Source: Verrucomicrobiales bacterium
GTDB taxonomy: Bacteria > Verrucomicrobiota > Verrucomicrobiia > Verrucomicrobiales > DEV007
Direction of reading: 5' to 3'
Assembly: GCA_002698785.1 (NCBI GenBank)
Contig: PAAG01000002.1
Span: 22,601 to 86,600, forward strand
Length of the DNA stretch: 64,000 nucleotides
This document shows positions 36,636 through 47,054 of this stretch, one piece after another. Under the pieces are notes generated by a model that saw only the letters and a list, made by a program, of their open reading frames with translations, searched no databases and was not told the DNA's origin. How positions within the stretch are numbered: the stretch's first letter is position 1; each line of letters begins with the position of its first letter. A program made the translations under genes and the position numbers.

Positions 36636-37646
36636 ATGACCGATATCCCATCACCTGCCCCACCTCTTCCAGTCCGAATTGCAGGCACTGGAAGCTATGT
36701 GCCGGAGCGTGTGATGTCGAATGCGGAGCTGGAGAAAATTGTCGATACATCAGACGATTGGATTACTTCCCGCACAGGAATCAAAGAGCGCCGCATCGCC
36801 CGCGCGAATGAGTTCACCAGCCACATGGCGGCCAAGGCCGGGCAGCGAGCACTTGAGCAGGCGGAAATTGACCCAGCCGATGTCGACCTTATCATTGTGG
36901 CGACAATCACTCCCGACACTCTCACTCCCGCTACGGCCTGTTATGTGCAGCAGCACCTGGGATGTTTGAAGTCGGTAGCCTTCGACGTATCAGCCGCATG
37001 CTCGGGATTTCTCTATGCTCTTGAGCTGGCCCGCCACAGCATAGGTGCGGGAGCATTTCGAAATGCCCTGATCATCGGGGCAGAGAAACTGAGTTCTTTC
37101 GTGAACTGGTCTGACCGGAACACCTGTGTGTTGTTTGGAGACGGCGCAGGTGCCGCAGTCATCACGCCATCTCTCAATGGAGGAGGTCGAGTGCTTTCTT
37201 CCCAGTTGGGAACTGATGGAGCCCAGGCCGAACTCCTCAATATTCCCGGTGGAGGTTCTTCCTGCCCGATCACTATTGAAAACGCTCCCCAGCAACTGGC
37301 CACGCTGGCCATGCAGGGACGGGAAGTTTTCAAGCATGCGGTGAACGCCATGAAGCGTGCCAGCATTGAAGCCATTTCAGCAGCAGGCCTGACATCGCAG
37401 GACATCAAGCTGCTCATTCCCCACCAGGCAAACCTCCGTATCATCGATGCCATTGTGGAACGCCTTGAGATTGCCAAGGAAGACGTTTTCATCAACCTCC
37501 ACAAGTACGGCAACACCTCTGCTGCAGCGGTTGCGATCGCCTTGGACGAAGCACACCGCGAAGGCCGCATGGAGCGAGGTGACAAAATATTGCTCGTTGC
37601 CTTTGGTGCTGGCCTCACCTGGGCAAGCGCCGTCATTGAGTGGTAG
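36636..37646 (+). CDS. fabH: Beta-ketoacyl-ACP synthase III
   Basis: DDWITSRTGIKERR, AACSGFLYAL (active Cys), HQANLRII and GNTSAAAV motifs. Confidence 0.93.
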   Translation: MTDIPSPAPPLPVRIAGTGSYVPERVMSNAELEKIVDTSDDWITSRTGIKERRIARANEFTSHMAAKAGQRALEQAEIDPADVDLIIVATITPDTLTPATACYVQQHLGCLKSVAFDVSAACSGFLYALELARHSIGAGAFRNALIIGAEKLSSFVNWSDRNTCVLFGDGAGAAVITPSLNGGGRVLSSQLGTDGAQAELLNIPGGGSSCPITIENAPQQLATLAMQGREVFKHAVNAMKRASIEAISAAGLTSQDIKLLIPHQANLRIIDAIVERLEIAKEDVFINLHKYGNTSAAAVAIALDEAHREGRMERGDKILLVAFGAGLTWASAVIEW

Positions 37647-37708
37647 ATTCGTGAGGCAATTCGCTGGAAGCTTCGCCGCTTGATGCGTAGCATAGAGACG
37701 TCTGTTTC

Positions 37709-38719
37709 ATGCTCCCGACCGAAGATTCTACATTTCAACTTGCTCACCCCTGGGCCCTTGCACTCCTCGCCCTGCTTCCTATTCTGGCGATACTGAAGAG
37801 CCGGTCAGGGAATGAAGGTGCAGTAGTATTTTCGTCACTACACATCCTCCAACGTCTTGGCCCCGTAGCTCGAGGCCGGGCCGGTGGTTTTCGTCTCGCC
37901 AATATCTTTCTCGCGCTAGCCTGCCTTTTTATCGCCCTCGCAAGGCCTCAGTGGGTAAACCGCAAAGAGCAAATCACCGAAAGCGGCGTCGAACTGATCA
38001 TCGCTATCGACGTATCCCGCTCCATGCAGGCAGAAGATTTCCCCATCAATGGAACACCCGCGAACCGACTGCAGGCCGCCAAGATGGTGACCAGAAACTT
38101 CATCGAGGGACGGAATACCGACAGAATTGGACTACTCGCCTTCGCAGGGCGACCCTACCTGGCCAGCCCGCTAACACTCTCAAAGAACTGGCTTCGAGGG
38201 CCGTATGGTCTTGGGCGAGTGCAGATCGGTCTGGTAGAGGACGGAACCGCAATCGGCTCTGCCATTGCTGCAGCCGCAAAGCGACTCGACCGGAGAGACT
38301 CAAAAAGCAAAGTCGTAGTGCTGCTCACAGATGGCGCCAACAATGCCGGGCAACTGTCTCCTCTGGAGGCGGCTCAGTTGGCTAAGACCCTCGATATCCG
38401 AATCCATACCATCGCAATTGGGACCCACGGAACCCACCAAATCCCGACACCAAACGGCCCCATGTTCATTCGCGGGGAATTCGATGAAAAGACACTCAAG
38501 CAGATCGCTGATATCACCCGAGGCGAGTATTTCCGTGCGACGGATACCATGACGCTTGAACGAATCTTCACCTTGATTGATCAAATGGAGAAAACCGAGA
38601 TCAATCGGCGAGTCCAGATCGAATCGGACGAACTATTTCACTGGTTCGCTATTGCAGGACTTGCTTTCGGTTTGCTAACTGTCATAGGAGACGAAACATT
38701 CTGGAAGCGCTTTCCATGA
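37709..38719 (+). CDS. batA: VWA-domain protein BatA
   Basis: Two N-terminal TM helices, the VWA MIDAS motif LIIAIDVSRSM and a C-terminal TM helix. Confidence 0.85.
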   Translation: MLPTEDSTFQLAHPWALALLALLPILAILKSRSGNEGAVVFSSLHILQRLGPVARGRAGGFRLANIFLALACLFIALARPQWVNRKEQITESGVELIIAIDVSRSMQAEDFPINGTPANRLQAAKMVTRNFIEGRNTDRIGLLAFAGRPYLASPLTLSKNWLRGPYGLGRVQIGLVEDGTAIGSAIAAAAKRLDRRDSKSKVVVLLTDGANNAGQLSPLEAAQLAKTLDIRIHTIAIGTHGTHQIPTPNGPMFIRGEFDEKTLKQIADITRGEYFRATDTMTLERIFTLIDQMEKTEINRRVQIESDELFHWFAIAGLAFGLLTVIGDETFWKRFP

Positions 38720-40836
38720 GCGAAGTTACCTTTGCACAACCCGGCTGGCTGTGGGCACTCCTCCTTTTGGTGCCTCTGGTCGCGTTGCGCATATTCGGTC
38801 AATTCCAGGGAATTCGAAAACTTCCCGGCCTCGTCTCTCCCCGGCTGCATCACCGGCTGGTAGTGGGTAGTGGAGAAGCAAAACGCTGGGTGGTATTTTT
38901 CCTTCGTGCGCTGGCGCTCAGTCTGCTAATTCTCGCACTCGCCCGTCCACAATGGGGCTATGAAGAAGTTGAAACCGTGCAGGAATCTCGCAGTCTCATT
39001 CTCGCGATTGACACATCCCGCAGCATGCTGGCCGACGACCTTCCTCCCAACCGGCTCGCTCGTGCGAAGCTCGCAGCAAAGGACATCGTAGACTCTCTCC
39101 CTGAGGACCGTATCGGTATCATCGCCTTTGCTGGCCGCCCCTTCCTCCAGGCTCCGTTGACGGTCGATCACGATGCCGTGCTGGAGTCGGTCGATCAACT
39201 GGATACGGAGATCATTCCAAGAGGCGGCACCAACCTCGCAGCGGCAGCAGAATTAGCGCTCGAGACCTTCAAAGAAGCGGATCTCGACGGCGGTGCACTC
39301 ATTCTTTTCTCCGACGGCGAAGCTCTGGAGGGCACAGAGGAAATCGAGAAAGTGCGGAAGGATGCAGCTGAAGCGGGCATGCCTATTATCTCAGTAGGAG
39401 TTGGCACGATTGACGGGTCTATCATTCCTGAACTGGACAAAATGGGTAACCCGGTACCTGGCGTTTTTATTAAGGACGAAGAAGGGCAGGTCGTGAGAAG
39501 TCGACTCGATGAATCGGCACTGCGCGAAATTGCTTCCGGAGCTGGGACATATATCAATCTCGGGGGGCGCGCCTCCCTGACGCAGGTGGTCAACAGCATT
39601 CAAAGAACCATCGAAGCATCACGGGAAAATGCGGATATGAAACGTCGCCCTATCGAGAGGTTCATGTGGTTTCTCGGTGCCGCCACCTTATTGCTGATTC
39701 TGGCCCACATTATCCCCCTCCTCTGGTTGAAGCCAAGATCACATCTACAGGCATCGCTAGTTACGGAGAAGACGGCGGTAGTATCGGCACTCTTTTTCGT
39801 CGCCCTGACACAATACAGTAGCGCCAACGAAGCTCTACTCTCAGGCGCAAAAGCATTTAAAGAACAGAAATACGATCAAGCGATCGAGATTTACGAGGGT
39901 GCCCTGGCCCATCGAACAACATCCTCAGATCGCACCCGGCTTCAGTTCGGGATCGGTGCCGCGGCATTTCAGCTAAACGATTTCGAACGAGCCGCAGAAG
40001 CCTATGCCGAGGCTCTGGTTCAGTCCGACAAACGGCTGCAAAAGCATGCTCATTTCAACCTCGGGAATACACTGTATTCAAAAGGGGCCTCCGGATTGCA
40101 GGCGCTTCAGTCCAGAGCAAACCCGGACCAGCTTCAGAGCCTTACCTCTCCGACCGAGGCCCTCGACTCGACGATTCATCAGTGGGAAAGCGCAATCGAA
40201 CATTACGAAACCGCGCTTCAACTCGATCCATCCTATGAGCAGGCGCGGCATAATGTAGAAGTCGTGCGACGCCGGTTGGATGAACTGAAACAACAGAAGC
40301 AGGAACAGCAAGAGCAGCAGCAAAAACAGGAACAGGAGCAACCGCAGAAAGAGCAAAACGAACAGCAGGAGCAACAAGACGACAGTTCCCAGGATCAGAA
40401 CCAGAATCAAGACCAGCAGGAGAAGAACGAGCAGGACCAGAACCAGGAAAATCAACAGAACGGTGGCGACCAGCAGCAGGACCCTAACGCTCAACAAAAC
40501 CAGGAGAATCAGGACGAACAGTCGAATGAGAACTCAGATTCAGGATCCTCCGAAACCGAGCAGCAACCGCCCGAAGAACAGAATCAACCTGGCAAGGATC
40601 AGGAATCAGAACAGCCGGAACAACAGCAGCAGCCCCAACAGCAACCTGGCCAACAGGGAAACTCGAATCAGCAGAACAACATCGCCCAACGACAGTCGCA
40701 GGAAGAGATGGAGGTCAATCCCGAAACTGGATACTCTCCTTCCGATGCACGTCAGCTCCTTGAGAGCCTCGCAGATGAAACGGAAGTAAGGCCGATGCTA
40801 GCACCTTCCCGTGGAGAGAAATACAAGAATTGGTAA
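38716..40836 (+). CDS. batB: VWA + TPR protein (BatB/BatC-like fusion) with long Gln/Glu/Asn-rich tail
   Basis: The ATGA overlaps batA. VWA motif LILAIDTSRSM. TPR region (YDQAIEIYEGAL..., YEQARHNVEVV). Residues ~530-660 are Q/E/N/D low complexity. Confidence 0.8.
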   Translation: MSEVTFAQPGWLWALLLLVPLVALRIFGQFQGIRKLPGLVSPRLHHRLVVGSGEAKRWVVFFLRALALSLLILALARPQWGYEEVETVQESRSLILAIDTSRSMLADDLPPNRLARAKLAAKDIVDSLPEDRIGIIAFAGRPFLQAPLTVDHDAVLESVDQLDTEIIPRGGTNLAAAAELALETFKEADLDGGALILFSDGEALEGTEEIEKVRKDAAEAGMPIISVGVGTIDGSIIPELDKMGNPVPGVFIKDEEGQVVRSRLDESALREIASGAGTYINLGGRASLTQVVNSIQRTIEASRENADMKRRPIERFMWFLGAATLLLILAHIIPLLWLKPRSHLQASLVTEKTAVVSALFFVALTQYSSANEALLSGAKAFKEQKYDQAIEIYEGALAHRTTSSDRTRLQFGIGAAAFQLNDFERAAEAYAEALVQSDKRLQKHAHFNLGNTLYSKGASGLQALQSRANPDQLQSLTSPTEALDSTIHQWESAIEHYETALQLDPSYEQARHNVEVVRRRLDELKQQKQEQQEQQQKQEQEQPQKEQNEQQEQQDDSSQDQNQNQDQQEKNEQDQNQENQQNGGDQQQDPNAQQNQENQDEQSNENSDSGSSETEQQPPEEQNQPGKDQESEQPEQQQQPQQQPGQQGNSNQQNNIAQRQSQEEMEVNPETGYSPSDARQLLESLADETEVRPMLAPSRGEKYKNW

Positions 40837-40843
40837 ACCGACC

Positions 40844-42565
40844 ATGTGTTTTCGAATCGTAACACTTTTGCTCCTATGCCTTTCACCGATCCAACTGATC
40901 GGGCAGGAAAAGGAGTCGTCGATCACTGCCCAGGTTCTTTCGAACAAAGTGGCCGCAGGTGAGATCGGTGTCTTGATGGTCAAGATTCGTAATGGTGACG
41001 CTAGCCTCCCCGAGCGAATCGAAACGGAGGGTCTCGATATCCTTTCGACTGGTCAAAGCGTCTCCATGTCTGTTGATGCCCTCGGCGGGCAAATCATGGA
41101 CGTAACCTATAGCTACCGATTTCGTGGGGAAAAGCCTGGCACCTACACCATTCCCTCGCTCACCGCTACCATTCGGGGGAAAGAATACACGACGAACCCG
41201 ATCGAGGTAACCATAGTGAAGCTCGACCCTAACGATCACGCCTCGAACGCCACAAAACAATATTTTGGGAAACTCCAGGTTTCGAAAACCGAAGCTTACG
41301 TGAACGAAGCCGTCCCTTTTCAAATGGCTGCCTATGTTCGCGGGAAAAACGCCATTGTGAAAGTGATCGCTCCCCTCACAGAGATCAAACACGACAACTT
41401 TGTCTTTCAACCTTTCCAACGTTGGGACACTTCGGGAGAGGAAGTCGGGAACAATTACTTTTCGGTATCCACAATCCAATCGACCCTTTTCGCCTTAAAG
41501 CCGGGAGAGCACGAGATTGGTCCGGCTCAAATCGGAGTGGAAGCGATCGCATCGAGTTCCACCTTCGGAGGTTTTGGAATCTTTCAACGCACAGCCAATC
41601 GCGAGCTCGCGACAAATACCGTGCGAATGAAAATCAAACCGCTACCAGATGGCGCTCCGGCCAGCTTTACAGGTGGCGTCGGTGACTTCGAGATGAATAT
41701 TACTCCGTCGACGACTCAGTTGAATCTGGGAGATCCCGTATCAATGGAGTTCGAAATCACCGGTGCTGGCAACTTCACAACCATGTCCGCTCCTTCGTTT
41801 GCGTCGCTTCAGAAAGGCATTTGGAAAACGTATGAACCTAGCAAAGAGGTCTCTGAAGGTGATTCCGCCAATGGATCAGTAGAAGGGAAAGCCACCTTTT
41901 CCCAAGTCATCATTCCAGAAAAGAAAACAGACTCAATCCCCGCGTTTGAGTTCACATTCTTCAATCCGACGACGGGGTCCTACGTCACTCGAACGAGCGA
42001 TCCGATTCCTATTTCCGTCAACGTCGATTCTGGCTCAGGCCAGTCAGTCGCTATACCAAAGCCCACGTCCCCACAATCCTCCACGGACTATCCTGCCGAG
42101 TCCCCTTCACCAGAGTTTAATGACGTTCTTTACATTCGCACCACCACCCCGCAATGGTTGAGCCAAGTTCCGAGCGGAGCTCCCGGAATTCTGTTTTATG
42201 TGGTCCAGACGATCCTCTCCATCGCCTTCTGCACTGTCGTTGGATTCGGGGTATCTAGAATGGTTCGAAAATATCAATCCGAAAAACCCAGTCGCGACGC
42301 TGTCCTGACATTTCGCCAATCACTGAAGAATGTTCCCGGAGCCGGAAGTTCAAAGAAAGAGTTCTTCCAGGCGGTGGCCACATCGCTTCTACTTTGGAAA
42401 AAAGAACACCCAAAGGCACCCGGTGAGGTCAATGAAGTCATCGACCGAGTCTCTGAAAAGTGTGAGTCCATACTCTACGGCGGAGTCGAGGAACTGGAAT
42501 CTCGAATCTCCGCGATGGAAGCCGCCGAGTATCACTCCATCCTTAGCAAATTGCCTCGAAGATAA
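40844..42565 (+). CDS. batD: BatD-family (oxygen tolerance) protein
   Basis: Signal peptide, a repeated beta-rich region, a C-terminal TM helix and its position after batA/batB. Confidence 0.7.
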   Translation: MCFRIVTLLLLCLSPIQLIGQEKESSITAQVLSNKVAAGEIGVLMVKIRNGDASLPERIETEGLDILSTGQSVSMSVDALGGQIMDVTYSYRFRGEKPGTYTIPSLTATIRGKEYTTNPIEVTIVKLDPNDHASNATKQYFGKLQVSKTEAYVNEAVPFQMAAYVRGKNAIVKVIAPLTEIKHDNFVFQPFQRWDTSGEEVGNNYFSVSTIQSTLFALKPGEHEIGPAQIGVEAIASSSTFGGFGIFQRTANRELATNTVRMKIKPLPDGAPASFTGGVGDFEMNITPSTTQLNLGDPVSMEFEITGAGNFTTMSAPSFASLQKGIWKTYEPSKEVSEGDSANGSVEGKATFSQVIIPEKKTDSIPAFEFTFFNPTTGSYVTRTSDPIPISVNVDSGSGQSVAIPKPTSPQSSTDYPAESPSPEFNDVLYIRTTTPQWLSQVPSGAPGILFYVVQTILSIAFCTVVGFGVSRMVRKYQSEKPSRDAVLTFRQSLKNVPGAGSSKKEFFQAVATSLLLWKKEHPKAPGEVNEVIDRVSEKCESILYGGVEELESRISAMEAAEYHSILSKLPRR

Positions 42566-42570
42566 TTTCG

Positions 42571-43344
42571 ATGAAGTGCCTGTTCTCAGTTTTAGCCCTC
42601 CTCTTTGTGACACTCCCCTTTTCCGGAGAATGCGCAGATGAAGTGGCTGCAAAATTCCAGGCCGCCAACCAGGACTACCAAAACGGCAAGTATGCCGATG
42701 CTGCTGGCAAGTATTCCGAACTTACGGAAGCAGGAAAACTATCCCCGGAGCTCTATTACAATCTCGGAGCCTCCTACTACCAGTCGGGTGAAACGGGAAA
42801 CGCGACTCTCTGGATGCGGAGAGCACTGGTTCTAGATCCCGCCATGCCAGAGGCAAAACAGAGCCTGGCATTTCTCCGTTCGCATACCGGTTACCTTGAG
42901 TTCGCAGAATCGGGATTCGATCGTTTTGTCAGGCAGTTTCCGGAATCCTTCTGGAAATGGCTGATTTCGATTTTCATCTGGGCCGGCCTACTTTCACTGG
43001 CGGTCGGGTTCTTTGTTGAGCGACTGAAGCCGAATCGCTCCGGCCTGATCACGCTCGCCATTCTCTGTGGTCTTGCATCGCTCGTCATCTCGCGCATTTC
43101 CAGTTACCGTGAACGTAATTTATCGATCACGAATTTTGCGACAATTGTTGCCGACGCCTCCTCCGCTCAGACGGCTCCTACCCCCGGGTCAAAGTCTGTT
43201 ATCGACTTGCCTCCCGGCTCAGAAGTGCGCATCCTCCAGAAGTCAGGAAACTGGTGCTACGCCGAAATCCCCGGAGAAGTTCGAGGCTGGATTCGAACGG
43301 ATTCTCTTGAACCAGTATGGCCACTTCCCTCGAAAAACTCATGA
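42571..43344 (+). CDS. TPR + SH3-domain membrane protein (BatE-like)
   Basis: Signal peptide, TPR (YQNGKYADAAGKYSELT...YYNLGASYYQSGETGNA), TM helices and a C-terminal SH3-like GNWCYAEIPGEVRGWIRTDSLEPV. Confidence 0.7.
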   Translation: MKCLFSVLALLFVTLPFSGECADEVAAKFQAANQDYQNGKYADAAGKYSELTEAGKLSPELYYNLGASYYQSGETGNATLWMRRALVLDPAMPEAKQSLAFLRSHTGYLEFAESGFDRFVRQFPESFWKWLISIFIWAGLLSLAVGFFVERLKPNRSGLITLAILCGLASLVISRISSYRERNLSITNFATIVADASSAQTAPTPGSKSVIDLPPGSEVRILQKSGNWCYAEIPGEVRGWIRTDSLEPVWPLPSKNS

Positions 43345-44312
43345 AATCCCTTTATCTATTTTTATCTGTCGGGCTCCTCTGCTCCCTATCATGCGCAGCA
43401 CCTTCCGAGCGCATTGTTATCGGTGCCGAAGGAGGCAAGGGTGTTGCGATCGTTGATCCGGCAGACAACAACAAAGTGCTCTTCCATCACAAGATCGGTG
43501 CCGTTCACGACCTTCACTTGCTTCCGAACCACCACATCCTCACCCAGGATGGTTGGCCAAAAGTGATCGAACTGGATCTCGAAGGAAACATCGTATGGAC
43601 CTACGATGCTACGAAAATGAATCGATCGCCTGACGATGGAAAGGTGGAAATTCACGCTTATCAGCGACTCGATGACGGGCTCACAATGATCGTAGAATCT
43701 GGCCCTGGCCGGATTATTGAAGTCGATCAATCTGGCGAAATAAAAAAGGAATTGAAGCTCGAAGTTTCAAAACCCAACCCTCATTCCGACACGAGACTCG
43801 TTCGTAAACTCGAGAACGGTCACTACCTTGTCGCTCACGAGGCGGATCAGATTGTGAAAGAATATTCTCCTGACGGCGAAGTCATCTGGGAGTTCGCCGT
43901 TCCCCTTTTTGGCAAGGAACCAAAAAAAGGCCATGGCCCCGAAGCATTCGGTGGAAAATGCTTCTCCGCGATCAAACTCAAGAACGGTAACTACCTCATC
44001 GCTACTGGCAATGGGCATAGTGTGCTCGAAGTAACTCCGGAAAAAGAAATCGTCTGGAAACTGGAACAGAATGACATCGAAGGAATCACCCTGGCATGGG
44101 TGACCAATATACGCGAGATGGAGAATGGAAACTTCCTCATCGGCAATTGCCACGCCGGGCCTGACAATCCACAAATCATCGAGATCACTCGCGACAAAGA
44201 AGTAGTCTGGTCGTTTCATGATTTCGACACGTTTGGAAATGGTCTCGCAAACACTCTCGTTCTTGATGGCGAGCGTGCCGAAGCCCTTAGAAAAGCACTT
44301 TCCAGCAAGTAG
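43341..44312 (+). CDS. Hypothetical secreted beta-propeller-like protein
   Basis: Signal peptide MKSLYLFLSVGLLCSLSCA. Repeated G(E/N)IVW / EVIWEF / EIVWKL / EVVWSF strands. The ATGA overlaps the upstream gene. Confidence 0.6.
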   Translation: MKSLYLFLSVGLLCSLSCAAPSERIVIGAEGGKGVAIVDPADNNKVLFHHKIGAVHDLHLLPNHHILTQDGWPKVIELDLEGNIVWTYDATKMNRSPDDGKVEIHAYQRLDDGLTMIVESGPGRIIEVDQSGEIKKELKLEVSKPNPHSDTRLVRKLENGHYLVAHEADQIVKEYSPDGEVIWEFAVPLFGKEPKKGHGPEAFGGKCFSAIKLKNGNYLIATGNGHSVLEVTPEKEIVWKLEQNDIEGITLAWVTNIREMENGNFLIGNCHAGPDNPQIIEITRDKEVVWSFHDFDTFGNGLANTLVLDGERAEALRKALSSK

Positions 44313-44321
44313 TCTCAGTCC

Positions 44322-45545
44322 ATGTCCGCCCGCCGCATTGCATTGGATTCCCTGAACGAATGGGAAGAAACATCGAGATTTGCCAGCGACATCCTGGATG
44401 AACTCGCGAAGAAGAGAAACCTGTCTCCGCCTGATCGAGGGTTGGCACAGGAGATTCTCTATGGGACGATCCGAAACCTGTTTCTCCTGGATACCTGGAT
44501 CGACGAACTCCGACATGGGAGCCTCAAATCTCAAACGCGAAACATTCTCAGGGTCGGTGTATACCAACTCTTGATCTCCGGAGTAGCTGAGCACGCAGCG
44601 GTCAACGAAACCGTAAATCTTTCTCGCAAACACGAACGTAAACTCGTGAATGCAGTTCTTCGTGCAGCGCAACGCAGCCGCGAAGACCTCCTGAAATCAC
44701 AGGAAGAGATGTCACCGGAAGATCTGTATTCTCACCCGGAGTTTCTCATCCAACGATGGACCGATCAGTATGGTGAAGAAAGCGCCATCGACTACTGCCG
44801 CTGGAACAACCAGCCACCTAGCGTCTTCGGCAGGCTGAACGAGCTGCACCCAGACTCGTCCCTTCTCGCTCAAGCACGCGAAGACATCGGCGACACATGG
44901 CTGGGAGACGACTTCCCCGGATTCTTCCGCCAGGAGGGTCCCGTTCGAAAAGAATGGCTCGATAGTGGCTTAATCTACATGCAGGATCCGAGCACATCCC
45001 TTTCCTGCAAACTTCTCGATCCACAACCTGGAGAATTAATTCTCGATGCCTGCGCGGCTCCCGGAGGCAAAACATCGCTACTGGCCCAGCGCATGAAAAA
45101 CGAAGGCAAGATCCTGGCTACCGACAGTGCGCCGGAAAGAATCCGTCAGTTAGAAGAAAACCTTGAACGCCTCCATGTTACCAATGCGGAAGTCCGTGAG
45201 TTTGATTGGTCTGAACCGACGAAAGAATTCGAGGACAAGTTCGACGCCGTGCTCCTGGACGTCCCCTGCTCCAACTCCGGTGTCATTCGGCGCCGTGTAG
45301 ACGTACGATGGCGCCTGCACCCATGGGAATTCAGCCAGCAGGCGAAACTGCAAACCAAACTTCTGGAGTCTGTTAAGGGCCATTTGAAGCCCGGTGGACG
45401 CATTGTCTACAGCACCTGCTCCATCGACGAAGAAGAAAATCAGAAAGTAATCGAGAGCAGCGGACTCCAAATAGAGAAAGTCGAACAGTGCCTTCCGTGG
45501 AGAGATGGATATGATGGTGCCTTCGCCTCCCTTTTGCGGCTATAA
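44322..45545 (+). CDS. rsmB: 16S rRNA (cytosine967-C5)-methyltransferase
   Basis: NusB-like N-terminus. SAM motif LDACAAPGGKT and catalytic motifs DVPCSNSGVIRRR and YSTCSI. Confidence 0.88.
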   Translation: MSARRIALDSLNEWEETSRFASDILDELAKKRNLSPPDRGLAQEILYGTIRNLFLLDTWIDELRHGSLKSQTRNILRVGVYQLLISGVAEHAAVNETVNLSRKHERKLVNAVLRAAQRSREDLLKSQEEMSPEDLYSHPEFLIQRWTDQYGEESAIDYCRWNNQPPSVFGRLNELHPDSSLLAQAREDIGDTWLGDDFPGFFRQEGPVRKEWLDSGLIYMQDPSTSLSCKLLDPQPGELILDACAAPGGKTSLLAQRMKNEGKILATDSAPERIRQLEENLERLHVTNAEVREFDWSEPTKEFEDKFDAVLLDVPCSNSGVIRRRVDVRWRLHPWEFSQQAKLQTKLLESVKGHLKPGGRIVYSTCSIDEEENQKVIESSGLQIEKVEQCLPWRDGYDGAFASLLRL

Positions 45546-45599
45546 AATAGGGCATCCCTCTACTTGCGTGAATTTCTGTTTTCGCGTAAGAATCGAACC

Positions 45600-47054
45600 A
45601 TGTTTCGATCCTTTGCCAGTTCAGTAATCACCTTACTTGCCGTCTTGGTGTTTGCCTTCGGCCTGCTGTTCTTCTGGTCCGGAAGTGAGAATGTAGAGTT
45701 CAAGCGCGTTGCCATGGAGGGCGACCGCCCTACTGCGGCAGTTCTCGAGGAGTATCGGAGAAAGACAGCTCAAGCGACAGAGGTAGCCTCCAATGAGAAC
45801 ATGAAGGAGGAAGCTCCTAAGCCTGTCTCAAGAGGAAACGGAGATGGGTTGCCTGTTGTTCTCTGGATCAGTATTCCCGGTTTTCGTGGCGACTACATTG
45901 AGAAGTCGGAAACCCCATTCATGGATGAGCTTATCTCCAGTGGCGGCGGCACAAACAAGATGCGCCCGAATTTCCCCTGCCTCACCTATCCCGCCCATGC
46001 TACTCTGGCAACAGGCACTCCTCCTGCCACACACGGTATTATCGCCGATCGTATTCGCACGGCTCCCGGCGAAGTCATCGATAACCCGACCGATAGCGCA
46101 CTTCTCGGTGCGGAACCAATCTGGACCACGGCGACGCGTCAGGGAATCAAGACAATCGTTCACGACTGGCCGCTGTCACAGAATCAAACCGGAGACAATC
46201 CAGCCGCCTTCTTCCTTGATTCTTTTGATCCAGATGCAACCGACGAAGCCCGTTTGAATACTGCACTGGAGACCTGGAAAGGCACAGTATCCGGAGATGC
46301 ACCTCTCGAAGATAAAGACAAAGTTCGCCTCGTAATGCTCCGCCTGACTGACATCCAGAAAGCGGGACTCGTGCACGGCCCCCGGGGGGATGACACCTAT
46401 GCAGCGGTGGCGGCTACCGATGCGGCACTGAAAAAGTTTGTCGATAGTGTCGAGGCTGAATGGGAGAAGCTGGCACCCATCGATGGAAACCTCGTTATTT
46501 TCATCACAACCGACCACGGCATGGCCGAACTCGAAAAGAATGTGAACATCGCCCACTTGCTCGGAGAGGAAATGATGGCCAACGCCGACGTCGTCGCCCA
46601 TGACGCGGTCGCGAATCTGTATTTCAAGAACCTTCCCGAGTCTGAAGGAGAACAGAAACTCTTTACGGAAAAATTCGACGGAGAACTCAGCAAGCGGATC
46701 TACTTCCGAACCTACAAGAAAGAGGAGTTGCCCGAGGATTTCAAATACAACAACGAGCGAGTTGGCGATCGAGTTTTAACTCTCAAGACCGGTTATGCCT
46801 TCGTCGATGATAAGGCAGAAGAGCCCGTGTTCGACCCTACGGCAGGTCCCGGATACTTCGGGGGTTTTGGTTATCCAGTGGGAGAATCCATTCGAATGTC
46901 CGGCCAGATCATTATTTCAGGTATTCCGAAATCCCCGGTCACAGGTGAACTCGGTGAAATCATCGGGCAGGAAGGATTCCACGCCTCTGTCTGCAAAATC
47001 CTCGGTATCGAACCAGCTGAAGGAGCCTCTACCGAGACCCTGCCGGTTGAGTAG
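45600..47054 (+). CDS. Nucleotide pyrophosphatase/phosphodiesterase (alkaline phosphatase superfamily)
   Basis: TM anchor. VVLWISIPGFRGDY, FPCLTYPAHATLATGTPPATHGI and ITTDHGM motifs. The start is set at ATG 45600. Confidence 0.82.
   Translation: MFRSFASSVITLLAVLVFAFGLLFFWSGSENVEFKRVAMEGDRPTAAVLEEYRRKTAQATEVASNENMKEEAPKPVSRGNGDGLPVVLWISIPGFRGDYIEKSETPFMDELISSGGGTNKMRPNFPCLTYPAHATLATGTPPATHGIIADRIRTAPGEVIDNPTDSALLGAEPIWTTATRQGIKTIVHDWPLSQNQTGDNPAAFFLDSFDPDATDEARLNTALETWKGTVSGDAPLEDKDKVRLVMLRLTDIQKAGLVHGPRGDDTYAAVAATDAALKKFVDSVEAEWEKLAPIDGNLVIFITTDHGMAELEKNVNIAHLLGEEMMANADVVAHDAVANLYFKNLPESEGEQKLFTEKFDGELSKRIYFRTYKKEELPEDFKYNNERVGDRVLTLKTGYAFVDDKAEEPVFDPTAGPGYFGGFGYPVGESIRMSGQIIISGIPKSPVTGELGEIIGQEGFHASVCKILGIEPAEGASTETLPVE

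Noticed and set aside
40270-40700. CAG/GAA-rich DNA as a non-coding microsatellite
   Set aside because: It is in frame within the BatB/C-like ORF and the repeat is imperfect. It is a coding low-complexity region.
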